Of a stretch of 64,000 nt of DNA, positions 49,985 to 61,367 are shown one piece after another (position 1 is the first letter of the stretch; every line of letters begins with the position of its first letter). The notes below the pieces were generated by a model. The model saw nothing but the letters and a program-made list of their open reading frames with translations. It had not been told where the DNA came from and did no database searches. Source of the stretch: Macrostomum lignano (lineage: Eukaryota); the NCBI GenBank assembly GCA_002269645.1, contig NIVC01001390.1, forward strand, positions 186,001-250,000, given 5' to 3'. Made by a program: the position numbers and the translations under genes.

Positions 49985-50585
49985 CCCACTCTCCCTCTCA
50001 CTCACTCTCTCCACTCCCTCCCTCCCTCCACTCTCTGCCTCTCGCACCCTCTCCTCTCCTTCCCCCACACCCTCCCTCTCACTCAGTCTCTCTCTTTCCC
50101 CACACCCTCCCTCTCACTCAGTCTCTCCCTTTCCTCCCACACCCTCCCTCTCACTCAGTCTCTCCCTTTCCTCCCACACCCTCCCTCTCACTCAGTCTCT
50201 CCCTTTCCCCACACCCTCCCTCTCACTCAGTCTCTCTCTTTCCCCACACCCTCCCTCTCACTCAGTCTCTCCCTTTCCTCCCACACCCTCCCTCTCACTC
50301 AGTCTCTCCCTTTCCTCCCACACCCTCCCTCTCACTCAGTCTCTCCCTTTCCCCACACCCTCCCTCTCACTCAGTCTCTCCCTTTCCTCCCACACCCTCC
50401 CTCTCACTCAGTCTCTCCCTTTCCTCCCACACCCTCCCTCTCACTCAGTCTCTCCCTTTCCTCCCACACCCTCCCTCTCACTCAGTCTCTCCCTTTCCTC
50501 CCACACCCTCCCTCTCACTCAGTCTCTCCCTTTCCTCCCACACCCTCCCTCTCACTCAGTCTCTCCCTTTCCTCCCACACCCATT
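49985..50585. repeat. 35-37-bp pyrimidine-rich minisatellite
   Basis: CACACCCTCCCTCTCACTCAGTCTCTCCCTTTCCTCC. Confidence 0.95.
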
Positions 50586-50931
50586 CCTTAGTACACAAGT
50601 AGTCTCGTAAACTATTAGAATCAGAAACTCATTTGATTATTTTCAAGTCTGAAGAGGGTAAAAAGAGAGAAGGGATAATGAATAGGAAGAAAAAACTGTC
50701 ATTTGAGAAGGATTTTCGGAGATGACGGCGGCTTTCTGATGCATCACGGTTATCATTTTCTTGAATTTAGCTGGCGAACAAAAACAGATCAGCCATTTTA
50801 CGAGTGCTATTCGCATATTTCTACTATGCAGATATCTGATAAGTAGTGTAAAAAGGGCATGAAAATGAAACGCATTTCTACTTGGGATGATAGAAAATCA
50901 ATTTTGATAATTAAACTGAAGCCATCAACAA

Positions 50932-51268
50932 GTGGCTGTAGCCTATAGTGGCCCAGCCCGGCGCTCTGATGTGCCAGCGGCCCAGGCTCGATTCCAAATG
51001 CAGTCACATTAATTTGGGGCTAAATATTGGAATCTTGGCTTGGCTCTGCTCGTGCAATTAACGGCCTTGAGGGCCAACCCCCAAGGCACAGTGAAGTGTA
51101 CATGCCTATCGAAAAATAAAGTTAGGGCCGCTGTACACTCCTGTGTGAGTGTGTGCCTGCGCGTATGACTGCGTACGTATCCGTGCGCCTGCTCAGGGGA
51201 GTCGGCGGAATGGGCAGTAGTGCCTCTCGCCGGTTGCGTGACAATGTCATTTAAAGTGTGACAGGTGC
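50932..51268 (+). mobile_element. SINE family B, copy 3 (with ~30-bp insertion)
   Basis: Collinear with copies 1-2; extra sequence between duplicated TGTACA motifs near 51098-51137. Confidence 0.75.
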
Positions 51269-52758
51269 TAGCTCACAGCCCACCTGCCTTTAATAAAAAA
51301 CAGCAGAGCTTACAGCAACTTAGCTTACGCTACATCACATTGTAGGTCGAAAAGACCTCCCTCCCTCTGCGATGCCGCTTGATCTCAGGACTCTGGGAGA
51401 CGGCCATAAAACAGCAATTATGATAATTAAATTCCTGCCATCAGCATCCCTATACTTGTTGGGGGGGGGGGTAGAAAAGCAATTATGAAATATGCCTCTA
51501 ATGCTCCTATCTACATATTCTTCCCTGTTGCTTTTATGTGGGCCCGATTAATCATCGGCATTGCAGTTTTTCCGTCATCTCATTAAATATGCAGTTTGAA
51601 TAACTAACTAACAACTGCAATGAGTTGATACCTACCTGCCGACAGACCATTTTTAGTATATACGGATTTGATGATGGCCTCTAAAGTTAGTGAACCCAAA
51701 CACGGGGCGTCGCCACCGGGGGGACAGTGGGACATGCCCCCCCCCAGTAAAATCTGAGGGGACATGCCAATGCTTGTCCCCCACCCAACCGTGTGACTCC
51801 CCGGGCTGCCAAATAACGTTGCTCCAACAAAAGATTTTTATACTAGAGGTAAAGTACAAAATAGCCGTTGTAAAAACGTTAAAAAACGTTGGTCCACAAT
51901 GAAATGTATTATACTCTAAAAGTTCCAACTCTCCCACTAACAGTACCAGCTAAAAAACATGTGCAGCAAACCTATAAAAAGTTGCGAATACGATACAAAT
52001 TTAACACGAAGCTACTATACTACATTCAAGTGTCCGTCCATTTGACGGCTGTATCTCAGTAGCCTGATCGAGACATGCTAATTTTCAACATTTTTAGATT
52101 GGTCTAGTCGGTGTCTAGAGCAGAAAGAATCATGTCTCTATCTCAATCAGCATTCGAGATATCCAAAGGCGGCGATTCCGCTAATTCTAATGCATTCTAA
52201 ATGGAAAAATCATTGAAAATCAATCAGGACGACTTGCCAAGCTCTATAAGTAGTCAATCAAAGACCTGAGTAGTAATCAGAGACCTGATTTGCAGCAGTA
52301 GATGTTTAGATTGGTCTTTTGGGCCGTAAAATTATATTCTTAAAAATGAATAACATGGAATTTTCTGGAAAACTGTTTTCGCAATTGTGAAAAATATACA
52401 TGTACCAGCTACTACAATTTTTCATGAGGAAATATTCGAGGAGATACCGAAAAAATAAGATGTCAAAACGACCCACATTGTTGTGATTTATTTTATTGCT
52501 GAATTCAATGCGCTGATGCAGTAACGAGTACCTTTATAAAATTTCGCACTCCCCGCCATGGCTAATGATCGAGCTTGATGCAGGGATGATCGCTCTTTCT
52601 CCAGGGGCGTAAGGGGGGAGAAGGGGTGGAATTTTTTATTGCCTTTGTATTTGGCCGGCCTTTATTGAACTTTATTGTAACCACAAGGACAACGTACCCT
52701 TCGGTGATCCCCATTAGTGACCTGCATCGGAACCGTGGTGACCCAATTCATGGTGGTA

Positions 52759-52980
52759 GGGTCTGTATAAAAGCTGGACACATTGGACACCCCTTATTTT
52801 AACAAAAGTCGAAACTTGTTGATGCTAATAATTCAAATATTGCCATAAGCGTATGCAAAATTGTAATAATAAAAAATATTTACACGTTTTTATAAAAACA
52901 AAGTATATTAACTAATGTTAAAATAAGGGGTGTCCAATGTGTCCAGTGTCTAATACGTGTCCGGCTTTTATTCATACCCC
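52759..52980. mobile_element. MITE with 9-bp TSD (Mutator-like), 222 bp
   Basis: TSD ATGGTGGTA at 52750-58 and 52981-89 (10 bp if the adjacent C is counted). GGG...CCC ends; perfect 31-bp inverted repeat 52774-52804 / 52916-52946. Confidence 0.8.
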
Positions 52981-54019
52981 ATGGTGGTACTACGTACTAC
53001 TTGAAGTTAGGCGGTCAAACAAAAGATATTCTTAACTGGTAGATATAGAAACAGTAGCGCATTATATACATACTCAGCAAGAGTCAAAAGTGCCACCCCC
53101 CGCGCATATATCGTGCGTGTTAAAAATTCAACCTCCGAGTTAACGTAACTCCAACCGTGAACTGCACAATTATTTCATTATTGCTCTTCTAAGATTTTTT
53201 AAGCAAACACGAGGGCGAAAAATGTCGACTTGCGTGAAGGGTGGCACTAGCTGTTATTATAACTGTTTTGAACAATACATAAGGAGATGAACGAACTTGT
53301 GAAAACATAGTCGAAAAATAATGTAATAATTTGTCAGAAAGCTTTTGAAATGAAAAATTATAATGTGTAATTTGTAATGTGTAATGTGTAAAACTATTAA
53401 ATTAGGTAAATTTAGAAAATACGAATAAATTCAAATATCTTTAATGAATAGTTTTTTCATAATTGAAATCTGTAAAACAGATGAATTAGCTACTAAAAAG
53501 CTAAAAAAATCATTTTCAGCATTGGTACGAGTATAGTACATCTATTAAAACCTAAATTCAAAAGCGAATAAGCACAAAACTTTATTAAAAAAAGTTTTGT
53601 TCTTATTATCAGTGCATTACGAATTTTCACAAACTTAAAAATATCAAAATATGTGTAGATATTTAACAAAAACGTTTTTCTCTACTCGATCCATATGATG
53701 TTACCTTGAAACAAAAAATTTGTAACGCATCACAGAGCGTGCGTTTTTTTATCAGAAACTGGACTTCAAAAAAAACAGCTATTTCCGAGGCAAACTGTCC
53801 CTAATCATCCCAATAAAACTAAAAGAACACTCTTATGGTACTTGGGTATCATCAGGCCAAGGTGGAGGCAAGCAGGGCCCATTCTGCTGAACCTTGAGCA
53901 CGCACACGGATGCCTATGCAGGCTAAATAGAAAGAATCGCACGAAAGCCTCAAGACTAATTTTTGACGAACGAGTTACAAACGAATGTGGCCGAAATCGA
54001 TCGCGGGTAATTTGCCCTC

Positions 54020-54320
54020 TGATGCTGGCGCCCCTAGTGCTGGCAACCCTGGTGCTGGCGCCCCTTGGTGCTGGCGCCCCTTGGTGCTGGCGCCCCTTGG
54101 TGCTGGCGCCCCTTGGTGCTGGCGCCCCTTGGTGCTGGCGCCCCTTGGTGCTGGCGCCCCTTGGTGCTGGCGCCCCTTGGTGCTGGCGCCCCTTGGTGCT
54201 GGCGCCCCTTGGTGCTGGCGCTCCTTGGTGCTGGCGCCCCTTGGTGCTGGCGCCCCTTGGTGCTAAAGCCCCTTGGTGCTAAAGCCCCTTGGTGCTAAAG
54301 CCCCTTGGTGCTAAAGCCCC
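54020..54320. repeat. 16-bp minisatellite
   Basis: GGCGCCCCTTGGTGCT, ending in AAAGCCCCTTGGTGCT variants. Confidence 0.95.
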
Positions 54321-54484
54321 CGGTTCTGGAGTCCTCCGATGGCGCCTACGAGACAGCGCCGTTATTAATGGCTCCAAAATGGCACCCGAATAAAAATTCT
54401 GCCTAGGCCCAAGGTACATGTATTTTGGAGAGAGGTTAAGCGTTAGCGAACTCGGTCCCAGCTAGGCCAAACTGGTGTACTAGT

Positions 54485-56722
54485 TCAAGCGCACGTGTCT
54501 CCCAGCCGTCTCAGCAGCACTCGACCGTGCCACTCAGCGTTAGCGCCGGCGACCATCACGCAGCCGCCGCCGCCACTGCTGCAATAGGAGCCTCCGCCGC
54601 CGCCGCCGCTATTAGACTTTGAGCCAGCGCCGCCACCGCTGTAGCCGCCACCGCCGCCTCCGGCGCCAAATTTGTTCGACGAGGCACAGCCGCCGCCGGC
54701 GCCTCCGCCGCCAAATCCGCCGTTGCCAGCGACGTTGGTGCAACTGATGGCGTTGCGTAAACCGCCGAGCCAGCCACCGGAACGGCTCAGACCGCCGCCT
54801 CCAGGTTGGTTGTAACCGCACTTGTTGGCCGCGCCGTTCCAACCGGCTCCGGGACCGCCGCAGGAGACAGTCATGTTTGTCACGAATTGACTGCCGAACG
54901 AACCTGCAGCGCCGTTGGTGCCGCCGGCGCCGGAGTACGTGTCGGCAGAGTTATAGGCGGATGTTCCGCTGGTGGCATTGTTGCCATCCATGCCTGGTAT
55001 ATTTCGTTTAATGAATGGTTTTAAAGATCAATAACGGTTAAATAGGGCTTTGACTAAACTCGGTCTAGAGGCATCAATCTAAAACTTTGCTTGATCGAGT
55101 TACGAGCGTAGATCTGTCCCTAGTAACATTTTTTAAAATTAGTCGAAGTCGCAACGGTTGCCATGCTAAAGTTTGGAATAAAAATGGACAATATACCTGG
55201 CCTTCCAAAGTTACGACTGATGTCTAGAAAGTTCTGATACATTTAATCGGAGAGCAAAAACGTAACAATGTTCAATTGGTGTACATTGTGTACACTTAGA
55301 CTCTTAGGAATAAAAGTGTCAGAACTTTCCGAACACCTCTCGAACAAAAACTGAAACTTCCTAATACTGGTTGCTGAATTTTGCGACTGTGGCGACCTTT
55401 TAAATTTCCTGATCGATGCTCTGTGTAATAAAATTTTTACCTGGGGTAAAGCCCGACATTGCGCCGCCGCCTCCGGCAACCAGGATCGGATATGTGTCGC
55501 CTTCGATGTACACGAAGCTTCCACCGCCTCCTCCGGCGCCAACTGGGAAGGAGACGACGTTCTCACCAGCTTGACCGACCACGATTTTCAGCACAGCGCC
55601 GGCTGTTAGGTTATAGTTCACGGCGGCGTAAGCTCCATAGCCGGGCCGAACTCCCGCGTTAACAACGGTCGTGCTGCCGCCAGCTGCTCCGTAGGCCTGG
55701 ATGCGGTAGCAGCCGGTACTATTGATCGTGTAGTTTTGAACGAGTCCCGACCGGCCAGTACTTGAATCTGCAACCAGGTTAGGATGCAAAATATTAGTAC
55801 ATTTTAGAGTACTTCATGCTACTTCAAGACTAGAGAGTTTTCAGTCCAAAGTTGTTACCCGGGTACACAAACAAGGTAACAGCGGCAGCGGCGAGAAGGC
55901 AAGATGTCTTGCTCATTCCACTGACTACTAGAAGTTACCGTTGAATCATCTCAAATGCGACTGAAGTAATCTATATATTGAGTTGATTTTGATTGATTTT
56001 GAGTGTTCCGTCCTTCTACTTTTTTAGTCCTTGAATCAGATATGGAAAATTGTTTTAAGGCCCGAACTCCGGACGTTGGTGCACAGCGGTCACAGGCATG
56101 CATACGCTCTGTGCATTGTGAGTCAGCTCTTCAAGGTCGTGAATCGCAAAAAAATGCTCAGCAAAATTTTCACGCTCCAGCGGGCCCAAATAAATGTGCG
56201 ACTTACTTTTGAAAACGACATCACTAATTGGAGCCTTCGATTTGAGCTGCGCCTCAAAGTCTTCCGCTTTCCACACGCGCACCGCGAGATCGTTGGGCGA
56301 GCCGAGCTGCCTGGTCACGTGACTGCCGTTGGGACCCGGCTGGCCCGTCGACTCATCGTTGATAACGGCCATCTGGCAGACTTTGCTAGTGTCGTTCACG
56401 ACGACGGCAACGCAGAGTTTCAAGTTGCACCAAGACAGACATTCGACATCGGATCGAAAGAAGCTGGTCTCATTCAACAGGTTGCTGCTTACCGAGTCGT
56501 CAATCACGATAGACCGGCTGTTCAAGAGTTCAAACTCGCGACCGTTCGTCACTGAGCGAAAATCGTTGGGTAAAACCATATCGATGTGTAATAAAGAAAA
56601 TGAAATGGCACTGATTCAAAGAGGCAATGAAAATATTCAGGCTAAACCCTTTCATGTACATGTAAATGTAAGTAACACTCACCTGTCGCAAGAAGCAGAA
56701 TGGCAATCAATTGGTAATGCAT
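54485..56722 (-). CDS. Secreted PAN + ALK-like glycine-rich domain protein, paralog 4 (406 aa)
   Basis: Exons 56722-56683, 56551-56207, 55767-55441, 54993-54485, all phase-1 GT-AG, open to TGA. Signal MHYQLIAILLLATVTNG; same PAN and GRD motifs; the PAN exon is 345 nt as in paralogs 1 and 2. Confidence 0.85.
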
Positions 56723-57320
56723 AATCAGTAGTTAAAATGGCTTCTGAGTTTGAGCGCACTGACAGGGTAGAAGTGGGCTGCAATGCTCAAATAAATTGGG
56801 GAGCAGTTTTATGCAGGCATAGTCTCAACGTTTTGCCGATAGGAAAGCTTTTGGAGACGTCCTATTGGCTGTTGGGAAGAAATAGAAAAAAACTTTAACA
56901 ATGCATCGCTACATTTGAAAGCCTTTGAAAAGCATAATTTAGACGTAACACGTAATACTCAACTCTTCATAACGGCCCGCTAAATAATTACTCAAGGTTT
57001 CTCTAAATGTACTCACAAACATTGAAAATTGATCAAAGGCACCCCTGACTCGTCGGATGAAGTCTCCGATCCGGGCAGCTTATCCGTACATGAAGAAATG
57101 GCCAATGGGCAGAATTTCTTCAACGCATCGTACCTGGAGAAAATGGTCTGCAAGTGCCAGATTTGGAATTCATGGCAACATCTGGATTGCATCCGGACAT
57201 GGTGGCACCAGCTTAACCTGACAAAAATATCTATTGGTTTATTGCACCTATTTTTAGCTGATGAGTTGATGAACAAACTGTTTCTAATCTTTCACTAAAC
57301 TACTTTGAACGTTAGTTTTT

Positions 57321-57600
57321 GGCAGACAAAGCAAAGAGTAAAAAGTACTTTTGTGGTTAACTTCATTAGCTGAACAACAGAGCGTTGGACTCACGACTGG
57401 TAGGTCGGGGGTTCGATTCTGGACTCACTCGGAACAATTTATGTCCTTGAGCAAGACACTAAAGGGGTACCAGCAATAGCTGGGGCAAGTGAGAGTGGGT
57501 GTGGCGACCCCCTAGTCGTACGCAGCCTTCAGATGCGCCGCGCAATAGCCGCGGTTGAGCTGTCGGTTGCACATCTGCCCATTAGGGCAGGTGTAATAAA
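57321..57600 (+). mobile_element. SINE family A copy with internal deletion
   Basis: Shares the head, TGTCCTTGAGCAAGACACT and the 3' tail (CAGATGCGCCGCGCAA...GAGCTGTCGGTTG...GGGCAGGT) with 8678-8921. Confidence 0.7.
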
Positions 57601-57807
57601 AAATATATAGCTTTCAATATATATGTTAAACTGTTAAGCAAAAAAGTTTTAAGAGTTTATTAGCTTGTTGACAATTAGGCTACTGCCAAAAATAATCACA
57701 TTTTATAGTGACTTTAAGAAGCGCAAATATGACAAAGCATTTAAAAGTGTAAAAGGCTTAACCAAATAAAAACGGTGTCTCTATAGTTAAATCTGCGATG
57801 TTTTTCT

Positions 57808-59370
57808 TTATGAGGCTCGAGCTTCAGTGACACTCCCAACTGCATTCCCGGCACGTCCACTCTTTGAAATGCACCAAGCCAGAGTATCGAACAGCAGCTC
57901 AAGCAGTTCGCACAAAGTCAGCAGTGACATGCCCAGGTAAATTCCCATAATGCCTCCGAGATCCGCTACAAAGTTCACCACGCCGTACTCCCTTGAGAAC
58001 ACCACTTTATTGCAGAGTGCGGCATTTGGCTTAAAAGCACATTCTCTCGAATATATGAGGCGACGCTCGATGCGTTTCCTGTCATGAGAAAGTCTAACGC
58101 AGGTACACTGAGGTTACGGGTCTTGGCTTGAGCCCAGGCCTTCCTCACCGAGCTGTTGATGAAGTTGGCAAGCGAGCTTTTGGTCGGCCACGTGGCGCTG
58201 GAGATGCTCACCTTGTAGTGCAGGCTGGTGCAAGGGCGCTGCAGATGGCAGATTTTTTTCGATATTTGCTGTCTTATCAATAAAAGCGTCAAACTGTTTC
58301 GCGACTGATTTTGACAAGCTAGGCTCGCCGGTCAAGTTGAAAGCATGGTTCTTCCCTCTCAAAGGCCACGGTAGAGGGCCGATCCCTCCGGACATGTTGA
58401 ACAGTTCTTGAAGGGCTTGGTTATACAATGTGAAGTAGCAGTAGGAATAGCTGTAGGTGTGATTGTACGGGCTTTCATCGTACGGATTCACAAACTGCAC
58501 AACGGATTTGTCACTGCGACACGAGAACTGGTCAGATTGGTACTCCTGCTGCAGCATCTCGATATTGACCGTGTGGTGCTTGTCCGGACCCAGGACGAAC
58601 GAGCTCACGAACTCGGACTGGTATTCGCCTGGCGGCGCGAGGAGCACTCGAATTCCGGGCTTCTGTCTGGCTCGAAGCTGTCGCGCAGCAGAAGAGACCA
58701 TTCCCAGACCGAGAGCAGACTGTAGTTTGAGTACACCATGCGCTCGATCGGCTCGCCCTTGGATTCGATCTCCGATGCGTTCGAGTCGTGAAGAAGCGTT
58801 GCAGTGACGCCGGCCCAGGAGCCCGACTTCAGCACAGCGCTCTGCAAGTCTTTTTCCAACGTCCATTTGGAGCATCGAAGGTAGACTGGATGGTAGAAGC
58901 TGATTGGGCTTTTTGGAATGTAAAGAGGAGTTCCCATGTTCGAGCGAAACACTAAACCACTTGCAATAACTGTTTGCTCTTCCCTGTGGGCCAGCGCGTC
59001 GACCATAAGCGAGTACGGAAGAGAGTGCAGATTTTCGAATTTTCTTTGTTGTATTACTCATCAGAGAGTTGATGGCTTGCGCCATTTCCTTGTCTACATT
59101 CACTGCGTAGCTGGCTGACACGGGACTTTCATGGCAGGCGTAAATATCCGGAAACTGGAACTTGACGGAGTTCGCTTCAATCGAGCTGGTTTGCGGATTG
59201 TCGATGAGTTTCTCAGTGAATCGAGCCAAGCAGTTCAAAAACAAGGCAAACATAAACAAGAACAATGCTAACCACGTGAGCCTGACGAATCGCGGTTTCT
59301 CGCTACTGACCGTTCTCGGCAGTCCGTGAGCACTGCTGGACTCCAGAGCTGAAAGCAACAGTTGCTTCAT
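57808..59370 (-). pseudogene. Intronless DEG/ENaC (amiloride-sensitive sodium channel family) gene with four frameshifts, ~520 codons
   Basis: SSAHG pre-TM1 motif, TM1 WLALFLFMFALFL, FPDIYAC, GIRVLL, PC..LHY, and DLGGIMGIYLGMSLLTLCELLEL (TM2 with GxS filter). The coding signal switches frame at ~59040, ~58665, ~58255 and ~58035. Confidence 0.85.
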
Positions 59371-60024
59371 GCTGCGAAGCTGATTTCTCTTCTAGGGGAA
59401 ATCCATCTAGCTCTACAGCTTTTCAAGCTATACTTTTATGCTCGTAGCCATCTGTCTGAAGGCCGATTGCGAACATTTATAGCTCATGCAACCCATCTAA
59501 TCTCTTAATTGACTGCTCACTAGCAAAGGCTTGTGTCAATTCGGCCTAGCTAACTTCCGTTGTCTGTCTTGCAGCTTAGTGAGCTACATCAACTGACAGT
59601 TACAGACTCAGCAACATGGAAAACTGAGCACCCAAAATCGCTGATCAAATTTAGTACGTATCTGCAGATTTCCAGTGCAATTAGCACAATTCAAACCACA
59701 CCACGGGCCCAATGGGGCTTTCTAGACAGCTATCACAATGAAACACTGTTTTGCAAGCGTATTTATCTGGAAAAATCACAATCAGACTTGAGTTCGTTGC
59801 TCTGCCCGTCTCTCTAGACTTTGTTTAGATTAGTATCCAGTTTGCACGGCGCACAACATCGAACAAAATTTTTTTGCACCAAAAGTTTTTTCAGCAAGAT
59901 GGTGACGTTAAAAGTCTTGATTTGAATTGCGTCACTCTGAAAATCTGAAAAATTACTAAATGAATTTTGGTATTCAATTTTCAATGTAGCCTTGTGTAGT
60001 GGGTCACAATAAAAAATTCAGTAC

Positions 60025-60640
60025 AAATATGGGGAATTCGGTACAGTATGGGAATTCGGTACAATATGGGGAATTCGGTACAATATGGGAAATTCGGTAC
60101 AATACGGGGAATTCGGTACAATATGGAGAATTCGGTACAATATGGAGAATTCGGTACAATATGGAGAATTCGGTACAATATGGAGAATTCGGTACAATAT
60201 GGAGAATTCGGTACAATATGGAGAACTCGGTACAATATGGAGAATTCGGTACAATATGGAGAATTCGTTACAATATGGGAAATGCTGTACAATAATGGGG
60301 AATTCGGTACAATATGGGGAATTTGGTACAATATGGGGAATTTGGTACAATATGGGAAATTCGGTACAATATGGGGAATTCGGTACAATATGGGGAATTC
60401 GGTACAATATGGAGAATTCGGTACAATATGGAGAATTCGGTACAATATGGAGAATTCGGTACAATATGGAGAATTCGGTACAATATGGAGAATTCGGTAC
60501 AATATGGAGAATTCGTTACAATATGGGAAATGCTGTACAATAATGGGGAATTCGGTACAATATGGGGAATTTGGTACAATATGGGGAATTTGGTACAATA
60601 TGGGAAATTCTGTACAATAATCGGGAATTTGGTACAATAC
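60025..60640. repeat. 19-bp minisatellite
   Basis: AATTCGGTACAATATGGAG. Confidence 0.95.
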
Positions 60641-61154
60641 TAGAAATCAGCGGTTGAGCCAACGAATAATGGAATATTTTTAATAAACTGCATGTATGTG
60701 GTTCGACCTATCAGCCTTGACAGCAATCCCCCCCTGAAAACATGAAATCTTAGCAATTACCCCCGAGCCTTGACATCTCAGAAATTTCCCAAGAAATCTT
60801 TTTATGTTCAACATTTTTTTAATTTTTAATTTCAATTTTTTAAATAACGCTTCTTAGTTCTTTTAGGTTTTACGTAACGCTTCATATATTTTTACGTGAC
60901 GCAATTCTTTTGTGTTTTACATGACGCTTTTGCTCAAATCAATCGCATATCCATATACACAAAAAAAACTATTTTTAGTACATAGGATTAATAATTAGAA
61001 TACATCAGCCTCAGTACGAGAGCATTGTAATTTCTCGAACTCGTGTCGAATTATTGTTGAAAATACAGGAGCGTGCTATACAACATATCTTTCCTCACAA
61101 CATCATAGTGGTCCAGTTTCATTAAATTCTGGCTTTTAACACACCCACTATTCT

Positions 61155-61367
61155 GCATGCAATGGCGGGTACAGCACGCCTGTGTAGCATGAGACAGATT
61201 AGGCCTACGGGCTAAGGTCTGCGATCCTACACACCTGCACCCCCTCTATTCTGGTGCAGGAATGGCAGGAGAACTCTCTCCAAGCTGACTCGCAAGCCGA
61301 CCCAGGGGTTCACGCCCCGCATGTGTTCAAGGCAGCTCTAGGGCTGCTGGACTGACTGGGCTCCGGC
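61155..61367 (+). ncRNA. Candidate HDV/CPEB3-like self-cleaving ribozyme at the LINE 5' end
   Basis: Hand-traced nested double pseudoknot: P1 GCATGC 61155-60 / GCATGT 61319-24 (G1.U wobble); P2 CCCAG 61301-05 / CTGGG 61356-60; P3 GGG/CCC around L3 TTCACGC; J1/4 GT; P4 GGCAGC/GCTGCT; J4/2 CTGA. Confidence 0.6.

Noticed and set aside
61181-61233. First leader hairpin as the ribozyme core (HDV P2/P4 or hammerhead)
   Set aside because: Only 7 nt lie between the stems, with no room for P3/L3/P1, and there is no CUGANGA...GAAA core; it is better read as part of J1/2.
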